NCBI GenBank assembly: GCA_040437565.1
Contig: JBDOQK010000076.1
Location: forward strand, 62,001-115,614
Direction: 5' to 3'
From: Albugo candida
Lineage: Eukaryota
Length of the DNA: 53,614 nucleotides
The notes under the pieces were generated by a model. That model had not been told where the DNA came from, ran no database searches, and was given only the letters and a program-made list of their open reading frames with translations. Position numbers and translations under genes: made by a program. How positions within the stretch are numbered: position 1 is the first letter of the stretch; each line of letters begins with the position of its first letter. Below, in pieces: positions 24,401 to 37,884 of the stretch.

Positions 24401-25589
24401 TCGACTGCTTTGACTGATTCGTGAACAACTTTGGTCGGTCAAGTTTCGCCTTCAATGTCCTTGATCGAATTCTTAGTCTTCTTTTAGCTTGACCTTGTTT
24501 CCATTGTGCTGATCGGAACGGTCTGAACCTTACCTTCGGACGAGAATATCACTAACACATCGATTTTATGTGGGACAACTGCATAGATTAATTCATTGGA
24601 TTGATTTGAATTTTATGCCTCCGTCCTCTCCAACTTCTACAAACGCTCGTTTTCGCTTCATTACTACACCGATATGTTTGTGACTTTTCTCCATCTGTTG
24701 CTAAGCCTTTACAAGTTCGTCGAGTAATCCAATGGAAGCAACTTTGTGGGTACTATCGAAACATGTAGGGCGTACAGTAAGAGTGGTCCGAATTTTGGAC
24801 TGATCACCCCATTGAAACACATAGGACTGAATGAATCTAGTCGACACAGATCCCCCTGCATGCAATATCACTGGCAAACGACAGAATTGTGTAAGATCCA
24901 CAAACACATTTTGACGACTGCACATTTGCATGATCGGATGCGGCATTGAGATGTTGAAATGGGTCTAACAGGACGACGCAATCCACTATTTGTGAGTTAA
25001 TCTCGCTTATTTGCACTGATTACCCTCTTCCATACCAGCAACCTTGCGTGATTTTGTGACAATATTAGATTATATGATGTAAAAAAACTGCAAAATATAA
25101 TGCTTCTAATTGGTTAGTATACTAGAGTATGAAATAATGGACATGAAGAGCTTCGTACGATGCTGTGGGGTGGATTATGCTGGATATCATTGGCATTCGC
25201 AGTGACGATACTCGGATATAGCCCGGATTTGTTCTTATTCTTTGTGTACAAATCGAATTCCACGCATTGCCTTTTGGCCTGTGAGAGTTGGGATGTTGTC
25301 ACGTGTACAGTATACTATCATCCGTCGTATATAATGCCAACCAGTCCCTCTACTCCCATCTTCCTTCACGGGCTCTTCTATGCATAGCTTAATGCATGCG
25401 CAGCACCATTGAACCGTTCATAAAAAGCCGTCCAAGTTTAGAAGGTCAATTTGTGTCCACGAGATCCAATTTCCCGTAACGCTGGTTCCCTGTATCCTGT
25501 AACGTCTTCGAAATCAATTGCGGTGGTTTGTTCACACGTTCAAAGAGATAAATACCTAATATAAAAAGAGGCGTACATTCACAACTTTG

Positions 25590-26580
25590 TTCCAACTAGC
25601 CTAAATTCTTTTATGAGTTCTCTAACTCGGTTTATGGTGTGGGGTAGGTTCAATGCTCGTTTACTCAGAGTTTCCCAGACTTTTTTGAACTGTCGATGAG
25701 CTCTGTCCGTCCAAAAATTCACAAATGGTATTGAGACTATTTGCTCTACTCTTTAAGCCTTTTCGTATCTGACTCATTTTATGGTTTGGGGTAGGCTTAA
25801 TGCTTGTTTCCTTAGACTTTCCCAAACTTTTTTTAACTGTCAAGGAGCCCTGTCCATCTAAAAATCACAAATGGTATTGAAACTGTTATACTCTACTCTT
25901 TAAACCCTATACAACGATCCTAACCTCCTTTCTGAACTTTCTGAATCATTTTAGGGTGTTGGGTACGCTCAATGCTTGTTTCCTCGGAGTTCCACAAACT
26001 CTTTTAAACTGTTTCAATACTATTTGTGAATTCTTGGACGGACAGGGCTCAGTGACAGTTTAAAAGAGTTTGGGAAACTCTGAGTAAACGAGCATTGAGC
26101 CTACCCAGCTCCATAAAATGTGTCAGATAATTCATAAAAGCGTTTTGGCTTGCTAAAATGGCTTGAAGAGCTGACGAAACAGTCTCAATATCATCTGTGA
26201 TTTTCGGGACGGACAGAGCTCCTCAACAATTTAAAAGATTTTGGGAAATTCTTAGGAAACAAGCATTTAGCGTACCCCACACCATAAATTTAGTTAGATA
26301 ATTCATAAAAGCGTTCAGGCTTGTTCTTAAGGTCTTAAAAGTAGGGCAAAACAGTGTCAATACCATTTGTGAATATTCGGACGGACAGGGCTCCTCGACA
26401 ATTTCAAAGAGTTTGTTGAATTATGAGGAAACAAGCATTGAGCATACCCTACACCATAAAATGAGTCAGAAAATTCAGAAGGGAGGTTATGCGCGTTGTA
26501 TAGGAATTAAAAAGTAGAGTAGAACAGTCTCAATACCATTTGTGATTTTATGGACGGACAGGGCTCCTCACAGTTTAAAT
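25590..26580. repeat. Degenerate ~172-bp satellite arranged as an inverted (fold-back) array
   Basis: The unit core aataccatttgtga..ggacggacagggctc recurs on the + strand near 26016, 26187, 26359 and 26532. Its reverse complement occurs near 25700-25740 and 25845-25888. aaactcttttaaactgt (~25996-26012) pairs with acagtttaaaagagttt (~26055-26071). Confidence 0.9.
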
Positions 26581-29500
26581 TAGTTATTCGTAATCGCAGA
26601 CGGATCGTTACCCAGTCATAAGCGATAGAATATAAATCGTAAAAGGAGCGATCGGAAGGTATGTATTTTCGGGTAAGATGAACAAAATTATATCGGTTTT
26701 CATACATTGCTTGGAAACTTAATGTATCGCTGGATCAATACTAGACTCGAATAAAGCTCTGTAAGCAATATCCAATCAACAAGTGTTCACTGGAGATAAG
26801 AGTTTTTCACCGCAAAAGATATAGGCGTCATCTCTTGGTCATGTAGTCGTGCTTGTGCTAATCTTATTGATCAGAACTCTAATACCAGTTTGCCAATTGT
26901 AGTTCAGAAACAATGATGCAATTCAAGGCAATCCTGTGCAATGTGGAATCCGACCCGTCATGCGCCGCATTAACGGCAATACCCATAAGTACCCCGTCGA
27001 TTTTTTTAAAGTCTTTGGCAAATCAATCCGATGGAATAATCCAATATCTCCATCGATAGACGAATAAAACGATGACCGGATCAGATGAAGAAAGCTATTA
27101 GTGAACCATCAGCAACGAATCTATGATAAAGAGACCGGAGTGAGTGCTTCGAGTTTTATTTGGGGAATACATATTTCGGAACGATCTAACAGAAAGCGAG
27201 TAATGTCATTACTTGCGACAGAGAAGAAGAAGAAGAGGACGGATGACATCATCAATGGTCAGCAACGCTCTAATGATCGTGCTGTCGCAAGCAGAAACGC
27301 ACCAAAAGCGGCATTGATGCGCCATTCGGATAAAATAAATATCAGCTTTTACAGCTATTCCCATCGTACTCTTGTTTCCTCACCACGATTGCAATTTTAG
27401 TTGCTGCAACGGGCGTTCGGAAGTGGGTATCAGATAAAAACGTAAGTGCATGGCATATTGAATATTGCCAGTAAATATCGAATCTATACCCGTTCTAAAC
27501 TTCATGAAACACATCCTTCCCCAAATATCAGAAGAAGATGTGGAATAGCAAGCCATATAATAATTGTTACTTTACATGAAGACAGCGATCAGCTGACGTA
27601 GAGGCAAAATGACAACTCGTCTTTCGGCATGCGTTTTTAAAAAGGCCCGTGGGTTTCCTGGAAATGAATATTTCGGAGAATGGAGAACATCCTTGAGCTT
27701 GTGTCAATTTGGATCCATTGCCGGGACTTCTACACTGTAAAAGCAAACTTCTGAAGAATTTTCTACCATCCAGCTATCCCGCTACTTGAAGATCTTTTTT
27801 CTTTTTGCTCCTAACCTTTAAAGTCATGTCATTCGGCCGTGATCCTATGTAATTATCAGAGCCTTTCAAGACATTTCTTGTATATTTTATACGATTTCGC
27901 AGTGGGGTTGTTGATACGATACCAATCGAAGTACCAGACATAACGTCTTCTTTCAGCATTTGTTGAGCATCTTGTTCGGTTTTAATTGACGCAGGAAATA
28001 AGCTACTCTGCCTCTCAGAAAGCTTGATGCATTGTCATAATTCTACCAATCTTACGCAACCCAGATCTTTGCTTACTCTTGTTCGTTAGATAAAACAATC
28101 TTTGCATCAAGACATTCTTTATTCCCGCTAGCGGATTGTAATTAAGTATTATTCTGACTCGATTTTACTTACAGTCGGATTTATCTTTACGATCTTGTTT
28201 TGCAAATCACCGTTTCATATACATGACGCCACAAGTTCAATTGTTGGGGTTCGAATGCATCCATAACTCGCTCATTCGTGACAACAAAGGCTTTGAGTCG
28301 CTCAAGAAGCAAGAAAACCCTATCGGGCATCTTCCGGCACTGGTAAGGGACCAGAAAAACTTATTCTCTAATCGAATTTTCTTTTCTCCTGCTCGTTTTA
28401 ATCGATTTGAAGCCGTATATCTAGCTTATCTTATACCACCTTAAAAAATTCAGAAGGTAGATGATCGTTGAATTGAAGGAGGCTCGCTTTGCTTGCCATT
28501 CGACAGTATTTTCTACAGCCTCGCAATATTCTATTCTTTACCAAGTGCTTGATGATTCAATCAACGCGTTATGTCTAGAGACTGGTACTATTCTTGTTCT
28601 GTTAATATGAAAGTTATGTTGAAGCTTTTCCGTTTCCAGTAAAAGGGACTTTTGTGAATGAAAGTATCTCCAAAACAGCTCGTAGTGAGCTATTCGACGA
28701 GGTCCAGACATTCATCGCATGTTGCTGCTGGGTTCAGCGTATCTAGAAACTCAGAATTCTGATATACAGCATCCACTCGATTTCTTCCAATCATTAAAAG
28801 TCTGTTTTGCGGTATAACTGTATCTGTTCTCTGCGGTTTTCATTCCTGGAGATTGTGTGTTTCTGTGGCACCGTTCCAGGAACAAATCTGTGCAACCTTT
28901 TTTTTCTCGTTCAGAGTATCATATATATTCTGTACTTCCTCGTCGTTCAATTAAACAAATTCCAAATGTGGAGACGTTTTCTGCTCATGTTTCTACAAAC
29001 TCTGACATCGTACCAATTACGTAATGGATGGGAGTGTGGATACGGCATTGCCAATACCTTTTTAAGGAACATCTAAGTAGTGCATTCTCTTTATCCATTT
29101 CCTAATCCAAAATATGAGGCGATTATAATCGTTTGTTTCTGCTATATTTCGCTAATTATATTCGACGAATCCAGCGCATATCTACCGTGTCTCACAAGCT
29201 AAACTACTCCAGCAAAGAAATTGACAGCCACCTTTATTTGTATCAGGTGCAAAAAAAATGAACATCTGAAGGTTGGTAGAGTTAAACCACATACAGCAAA
29301 AGGAATGGGTTTCTCGCCTTCGATCACTGTGCATTGAGAGCAATAGTGTGGAGATCCAGGAGCAAAAATATTTACCATTTTGTGATAAAATTACCACGAC
29401 GTAATCTAGCGTTTGACAAGTGATATCGCACGTTATGAATTTAAAAAAAGTTTTGGTTTCGGCCAGCTTCAAGGACTACTGCCCACGTCGACCCGAACAT

Positions 29501-32500
29501 TCTTCGTTTCTTGTTTGCACCAAAGAAAATGTGACCAAAATCGAGATGAAATACCGTAGGCACTTGTCGAATTCTATTCACAGGGCTAGTATTTTGCTTC
29601 TCGGTGTACCTCTTGAGTAATCTCCTACGGCTTACCATTGATATGTTGAATAACGGACACCAATTCCAAAAGCACAGGTCGCTACACATCAAAATTGTTT
29701 CATTGGAACAAAAATGAGATTCTTGAATGCGCCCAATATATTTCAGCCGCTCTAACCTAATTTCGATTTACTTGCAATTTACTTGTCAAGGGTGACGTCG
29801 CTACAAAAAGCTAAAGATTCATTGCCAGACCAAGACCTTCTCCATGTCATTTCTCATCTGCCAGTCCTATCACCGTTGTGTCAAGAGATTATTTAGAAAT
29901 CATCGACAGTTTACGCAACGACTATTAAAATATTTCGACTTAATTGCAACGGAGCTAAATTTTACGAGCCAATGCTTTTGAAACGTTATGTGAGATAAAC
30001 TTGTCCTGTAAATTCGCCAGCAATGCCGAACGAGCCATAAGTTCATACGTGCGACGATTTATGCCATCGAACGCCCTATTGATCATCAAAATAGCGTTCA
30101 CTACCGTAATTTTCCCATCTTTGAAATCCTTCCGGTAAACCGAAGTCTTCAATCGTCCATTCGGTATTTGAAATGCTCACAAATTAACTGTCTAATCTCG
30201 TATATTGTGAAAGGGTTGCCGAGCGTTCGGAAGCATGTAGCTTGGACGCCCCCAACGAATTCAGCTTAGCTCACCGTTGTGAGTAGACTGGCCGTAACCA
30301 GATAAGCGGTCTTCTGAAAATGCCATTGAACAAGGATGTCCAATGGAGAAAACATTCTAAAACGAATTAGAGCCCTTTTTGGTGTACCGAATAAAGCCCA
30401 CTTCAGATTGCCACCGACAATATACTTCATTCTGGAAGAATTTTGTCGCCGCACTTTTCAAACTCTTTTCATTCCGCGTCGCGTCCTGCTTTGTGCATTC
30501 CTTCCATCACGAAGAGTGACATTAAACAATTTGAGAGGCTTCAAAACGTTTTTATTTGGATTCCTATAGTTGTTCTTGTCATTCAATGCTCCAACTGTAT
30601 AGCTTTCAGAGGGAGCAAAATGACGAAGATAAACATTTGCTGCATCTCCTTAGAATCATCAGTCAGCTTTGAATTCACTGCTTTCACCTCAAGTAGGGAC
30701 AAATCCCATTCGAATTTGAGCCGTGATGCTGAAAAGATTCAAGATTATAGGGTAGACATATTGCTTTGCTGTGTTTCCTCTCGTCCAAGCTAAGATAAAG
30801 ATTTGACGTTTAATGTTACATGTAAATCTGGACCCATTCATGTAGTCGATCAAACGTTCTTTATATCGTTGGGCCAGTCAACACTATCTAATAAATCAAT
30901 CAGCGGTAACTGAGGTGGGTCTTGGCGAAGCGTTGCGTTAAAGTACTGTGCGAAAAATCAAACATTCGAGAATGTATCGCTTTTGGTCAATATTGCAAGT
31001 GCATATTCTGCATTTTGCACCGTCCGATGCTATTTCCGTGTTTCGTCACGCGTCAAAATTATGTTGCCTAATGCTTACCGAGTGCGTCTTTGAAACTGCT
31101 GCAACTTTCGCGGTTCTCGAAGGAACTTCTTTCGCGGAAGGTTTCATAATTATATCAGCTTCGTCATTTCAGTATCTCTTTCTTCAAAATCGATATTTTT
31201 CATACGTACCAATTTAGTGAATATCCAATAAAAATGATGGGTCCCCTCCGATATGTCTCTATACGTTTTCCTGGACAACTACTGCTAAAGATGACGGCAG
31301 CATCCGTACGTCTGCGAAAAAGCAACTTGATCGATTGGGACAATTCTGCCAGATTTTGAGTCCGATGATCTGGATGCTAAAGCATTCTACCTTTCCACTG
31401 AATACGACAAAGTCGTGTTGACTTCTGATTGTTGTCGCTACGATGTAGCAAGTCTAGTACGCAGACGTAAAGTGTGGAACTGACCCAAAAAGGTACTGGC
31501 ACGTCTCTTCCCGGCCAGCATAACGATCGACATTACTAAGAAAAGGACAAAAAACGTACTGCGCCGCGAATAATTCAAAGCGTGTAGTTCGAGCGCTATA
31601 TTCAACCGAAAGGGCCACGTTCAAAGCCAAGGCGTATAAGAGGAGGTCGTATGTCGTAGTTATAGGTGCTCACATCATCACAGTCTGCAATTTGGCCGTC
31701 AGTACAAATTATAAAAAGACTTCTCGCTCGCTAAACTGTAAACCAACGTGCTCCTTGACTTAAATTACAATAAAATTTCACGTGGCCGATCTAATTTGAC
31801 TCGTCAATCCCGAGGCTGATGATATACTGATGACAAAATCGACTCAAGTCATGGTGTTGATTACATTTATTGAGCTTGTCTTGAATAAGCAAAATACCAG
31901 TGCCAAAGTCACTTGGACGCTAGGAATTGCCTTTATGTCGGTACCGATAGACCTGGCTTGCCTTTAGAAATTTTCTACCACGTATTATACTTTCTTCCGT
32001 TGACATGTCTCTTCTCTTCTATGCTACTAACTGATCTAAGACAGGACTTCCTCATTGTGACAGTTTTGATGACAAACATAGCTCCAAAAAAATGTGCAAG
32101 AATCGCTCTTCTCGCGGCATAAAGCACACTCTTCAAGCTTCGTCCCACTCTCAGAGTCTCCAATCATTTTACTTTAGCAATGACTTCAGCCAGGTTTTGG
32201 GATTGATACTTTATCTGTACATAGTTTGAACATCAAATTTAGCAATTACGCCAATAAACACCCACGTGGTGACTTAAATTCGCAAGTATTGACCTGGTTT
32301 TGCGTAAGGACGAGACAGTGGACGTGAGAACTCTACGAATCTTAGAACATTTCTAGAAATCGCATGTGACGATAAGCACCAGCATACTTCGGAGGTGTCA
32401 TCACTTTAGGCGTGAAGTTCGTGTGGTAGCTCACGATCCAGATACGTCAGTGCCAGCGACGTGACAAATTATTTTGACTGATTAGGAAAAAAATTGTAGT

Positions 32501-35500
32501 GTAAGCGTTTTGTTTTAAGCTCTAAATTTTCACGGTTTTTTCTTTGAAGGCATAGTTGGCTACCTGTGTGGCTTTTGTAAAGCTTTTTCTTACGCGCTGG
32601 CATCGATGAAGCGAAGCAATCTAGCAAAGATGATGTGTCACACACAATCCCAGGTAATATAGGATGTCTAAGCATGAGCATTTGGCTCCAGGGACGGATT
32701 TGGGCACGTTTACGTCTCTGCACGCGCGAATTGTCTATGAAACAATGCACATAAGACCTCTACTTTACAACATTGAATAGGAACAGCCTTGAACAACCGG
32801 GAAAGGCTCAGAATGCACAAAAATACACACAAAGCCAAATAGTTTGGAATATTTTCCTTTTTCCTACCACCTCGTCGTTATATTGACTAAAAGCATGCCG
32901 CAGAAATATATATTTCTCGAAGGAAAATTGAACGAGCGGTAAGGATTGTTACAAGGAAGAAAACCCGCGGTGCGTTGGTTGCGAGATCCTGTATAGAAAA
33001 TGCGATTAGCGAATCAGGTCTGGATTGTCAAGAGCAGTTGGACTATGAACTTGTGATTGATAGCCATCGAATCAAGTCAGCTTGGCCAACATTCCGGACT
33101 GACTTGAGGGAACTATCAAGAATATGAAAGAAAGAAAGATGTGTTCGGAGAGAAAGGTGGATCCTTCCCACTTTTGGGCTCTCAACCACAGTTCGTGCGC
33201 GTTTTTCCATCGGTAATGGAGACGTAGATGTCATAATTGATTTGACTTCAATCCGATTACTGGATGAATATGTTTTGGGATGGAAGCAATTTGATTCTGC
33301 ATCTCAGGAGCTGGAATTGCTTGATTCAATATCCAAAGTCTTTTTTGGATTCGCTCATTCCATTACAATAGCAAAATGGGCTGGCCGCAATTGTGTGCAC
33401 TTCGGCTTTGACACCGAACATTTGCCGGATCTAGGAGAAAATCAAAATGATCGCCGTCGTGTTCCTGTTGAAGTTGATGTCGTTCAACAAAATCACGTAA
33501 GACATCACAGCGCTGCTAAATATTGATATGCTCTTCAATTATATGAAAGTACTGAATTTCTTGACTACACTGTGGACGTCTCACCTGAATCCTTCCATGT
33601 ACACATCTCTGGTTAGATCTTTTCATATAAGATTATAATCAAATTTACAAAAAAAAATTTCTCACGCGCTTTGTATACGTTTTTGACCTTTTGCATTATT
33701 AGCTATGTCAGTACACGTTAGAAATCTGGTTATAGAAGTGAAGTCATCCTGTACAGAACTTAGTCGCATTATGGAAACAACTCTTTTGTTTCGGTTACTG
33801 ATAACATGAAAACAAGTAACAGACGACACCGTATCGTGACCGGTACACGGCCATTCTGTAATGCGAATCCGTGCAAAATGGCACACTGTAAGCCACTTTT
33901 ATCATCTTGAACTTTCACGAAACGCGTAATACTACAGGCAAATCGCACTTATAAATACTCTAAGATTATTTTCAATACACACTTAAGGTGCGTTGAAACG
34001 TTTGTGACGGGCCCTTCAACCGTTTAACTGACAACACCGTACTGCCACAATAGAGGCCACAAAACGATGTCTGAACTCCTGTTGCGCTGACCAAAATCTA
34101 TGGCTGCTATTTGGTTTTCTGCATATTATAGCCACATCCATCAGCCGACGTCGTATTCTTTTTAATACTTATGCCACGATCATGTTGGAGGAACTTGTCT
34201 GAATGGTGCTAATCGGAAGAGTGTCACGTTGCTCAATACCACCGCTTGCTTCAGGAACAGTTTGGACCGTACCGAGCGAATCGCTATTTCGTTTTGCGTT
34301 TTCCTATTCACGATGCACCGTTTAAGGCATACGCAACAGCAATCATTTTTACGTTAGTTTTACCATCACGTTCGAGTAGGCAACGACACATCCTGTACTC
34401 GGTAGATTTAACACACCACTTCATCCAGCCGGAATGCTTCTAGTGTAATATTTCAAAACGAACCCAGTCGATGAGCGTTTTTCGAATGGGTTCGCAGTTG
34501 GATCTGGTAGATGCTTGGAGATTCCAACATAAGGCAATAACATTGTTCAAAGGAACATTACCACGCAAGGATCGACTAGATGAATGACGCTCATCCATCC
34601 AATTTAACAAAGCCTTCACTCAACTTGGTCGAATCCTTCGACTTATTTTATATTTTTTTTCTGTGACGGTACTGCGTCATCAATATTCAAACTCGGATAT
34701 CTCTATTGGTATCTCACCATTCTAGCGCATTATCGTGAAGCACGTCCACAAGCCTTCCATGGACTTCCTGTCCATCGCTAGACGCAAGATACATTGTACT
34801 TCTTCATTTCGTTATAAATCTAATACTTTTGATTACGCCACGACCACATTCTAATGCGGCTTGCACAATGCGATCACAAGGCGAAGGCATGGTCACTTTA
34901 TCCACCTAAACGATGCGTAAGTTCTCGTGAAAAGAGACTCCATCACAATAGGCAGCAAGCAACCAACACTCCATATTCTATAGTGTTTTTTATTTCACCG
35001 GAAATTTTAATTCCTGTGACCTGAAACAAAACATGCTGTTCAGATTACGATGCGGGAGCGTTACAATTAACCGTAAGAACGTATGAGAGTTGTTGTTGAT
35101 CTTGTCTGTGTGAGCTACTGCTAATTTTAAACCGGCAGTTTACCGTGCGTAGTATCTTCTCATAATTATTTCAATCTAGGAAACGATCACAAAGGTCGCC
35201 TTCTTCAGAGTTGGGTCCGGAAGGGGAGACGGGAATGTGAGGGATCGCAAGGTGAGCGGAATCATTCACTTTCCTTTGTGTGAGAACTACGATGCAAAGA
35301 TCGATTCGAGCGTCTCAGGGCTTGATCTTACCACCAATAAATTCCTTCACTAATAGATGACCAGTACCATTCAAACACACCATCTTACTTTCTCCTGTGA
35401 GGGAGTGCTTTCCGCAAAAAAATGAATAGATCGGCATTATTCTTCCAATGAACTTCAAACAGTGAGTCAATCAACAGGATACTCTTGTGATGACTGAATC

Positions 35501-36319
35501 GAAGGAATAAATTTACGGATTTATGGCATCAGATCGCGTATCGCATTCACGAATTCTATTCTTGCTCATTCTACACAAAAATACCGTCACCTGTCAAATA
35601 GGACTATCTTGAGATATCATCATAAAAAGAATACCAGTAGCCTTCATAGAAACGCATTGCAAAAGCCCTATATATTGTAGCTAGTAGGCTGCTCAGCTCG
35701 GAGCACTTTCTTTTGTGATGCAACAAGAGATTCATCTTACCCAAACCAAAAAAGCCATACAATGAGGAGTGTAGAGTTTTGTACTTTCCTTATATTCACG
35801 ATTCTTCCACAGTATTATAAAATAGTAGTTTGATTCGTTGTTACCGACCCGCTGATCTTTATTCTATCCCGATTTAGTGCGAGTATACGCAAATAAAGGC
35901 ACAACGAAATGAAGCCTCGTTGATCTTTTCTCAAGCCTTCTTCAAGCTAAAAATATTTTGTATATTGTGGAAGTTCCATAATGGCGAATAAAAACCATAG
36001 AAGCAGAAGTATTAGTGGTGTGGTTGTGTCTGAACTGATTGCTCATTTGTATGATAGAATGATGTAACGGTCGTTTCTATGCATCGCTTTTAGTTGAGAT
36101 TGACTAGAAACGGTTTATTTGTTTACTACATGGTGCTGGGCATTAATGCACTATATAGAAGTTAAATTTAGGACGAGATTACCAACCGAATCTTCCTACT
36201 TAGTACTCCCAGTTCATATTTTGGTATCATGCGACAACGACTTCGTCGACTTACATAGTGAAACAAACATATCGATTGAACTATATCAAATGTTTATAAT
36301 TTTGAATTAGAGAGAAAAA

Positions 36320-36844
36320 CTATATTATTGTGCACTGATTTTGCTTCTCTAACTGGCGCGGTTGTGCAGGGATGTATTCATAATCGAGCTCCTCAACCGC
36401 ATTGTCTTCATGTGCGCCAGCTGTATCGAGACGAGCCTCAAGATCATCTACACGCTTTTCCAACGCTTGCAAGTCATTGACGAGCACTTCATCCACGCTT
36501 CGATCCTGGCTCTGTCCAAGAATAAGCTCTTCCAGACGAGCTACGCGATCTCTGACCTGCTGCATATTCCCAACACCTTCTACCTCCATTCGCGGACCCC
36601 TGTCATTTCCGGCGTTCTAAATTTCGTCAACGGGCTGGAAGAATCGGTTCTTCGTTACGCGTGAAACGAATTTCGTCTCTTCAACGAGGTTGCCATTGTC
36701 GTCCATCTGCTGGTGGAGCTTCCTGTAATGACGAGGAAAACTCCGAGCCAACATTGGTTTACGTCCAGCACAAGTAGGAGCAAGACAAATACCTCTGAGG
36801 TCACGTGACCCAGACATCACTTTTGAATAAATGGGTGTTTTCAT
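36320..36844 (-). pseudogene. Small ORF (~174 codons, one internal TAG) with a C2H2/BED-like zinc finger and a coiled coil
   Basis: ORFs 36617-36844 and 36320-36589 share a frame and are split only by a TAG at 36617-36619. CLAPTC-x13-HYRKLH, then heptad-like VRDRVARLEELI and LQALEKRVDDLEARLD. Visibly more GC-rich than the flanks. Confidence 0.5.
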
Positions 36845-37744
36845 CGTTTTGCTAATCGCTACCTCAACCTAAAAATTCATGTTTCAATACCTACGGTACG
36901 TTTGGTCAAGTTCGCGAAATTTTCGAGGTTCGAATAGAGGTATTGTAAGCAACTTTTTTGTTCAGCGGTACCACCTTTTTCAACCTAGCCACTTTCGAAT
37001 TTTATTCGAATCTGAAGCTACAAATGTTTGATTGTGATATATTTTGTGGGTGACCATAATACTCCTACCACTTCAAAGTACTTTGATCGTCGTGGTGCAT
37101 TATCTGGTATGGTTGAGTATGATAAGTATGAGTAGCACAAGCCAGTTTGTATATCAGAAATGATATGCTTTTTTTGGAGGAGGATAAAATGGTCGTATAT
37201 TGTGTCGATACTGATGCGAGCGAGATAACGTTGGTAGCAAACCCTTCTCGATCCAAACTTCAGTACCATCTGTCGAAAAGCACGATTTTTGCCGTCGAGG
37301 CATCAATTAGGTGTATTTTTTTTGCGCTCGTCATAGAAAAATAAATGTCGCAGTAGTTGTGATTACGCTCTAGTCCGAAAAATGATGTAGATTTGGCGTT
37401 CAACAGAATTGCCCTTTGTCGTCACACCTGCTGAATAAAAAACGGTGGAAGCAAGCTTTGAAGTGGTGACTTGTAATATCGAGTAAATGTACACTGCAAA
37501 ATCACATGAATACTGCAAAAGACATTTTATTAAAACCATATACAACAATAAGCAGTATTATTCACGCATATAAGCGATTAATTCTCGCAAAGGTTTCTCA
37601 CATTCAACACACACCGATCGGTTGAGAAAATGAGGACATGGAAAGGAACTGATAATCTATAATGCTTGTAGACTGTCAGAATACGTATATCTATTTCCAG
37701 CATTTAAGCCCAAAAAGAGTTGTCCAGTCTCAGTAGCGTGGCAT

Positions 37745-37884
37745 TGTGTCGTCTTGTTCTGTCGTCTTGTTGTGTCGTCCTGTTGTCCTGTTCTCTTGTT
37801 CTGTCGTCCTGTCATCCTGTTGTCCTGTTGTCCTGTCGTCTTGTTCTGTCGTCCTGTCATCCTGTTGTACTGTAGTCCTGTCGT
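37745..37884. repeat. Degenerate microsatellite (TGTYGTCC-like ~8-mer)
   Basis: Tandem tgtcgtcc/tgttgtcc/tgtcgtcttgttc variants. The + strand has almost no A. A 30-nt block (tcttgttctgtcgtcctgtcatcctgttgt) repeats at about 37794 and 37839. Confidence 0.9.

Noticed and set aside
25900-25960. Telomere-like TTTAGGG / CCCTA words
   Set aside because: Isolated single occurrences inside the satellite, not tandem arrays.
37657-37860. Repetitive 67-aa ORF (TGRQNKTTGQQDNR...)
   Set aside because: It is the translation of the microsatellite, with no evidence of coding function.
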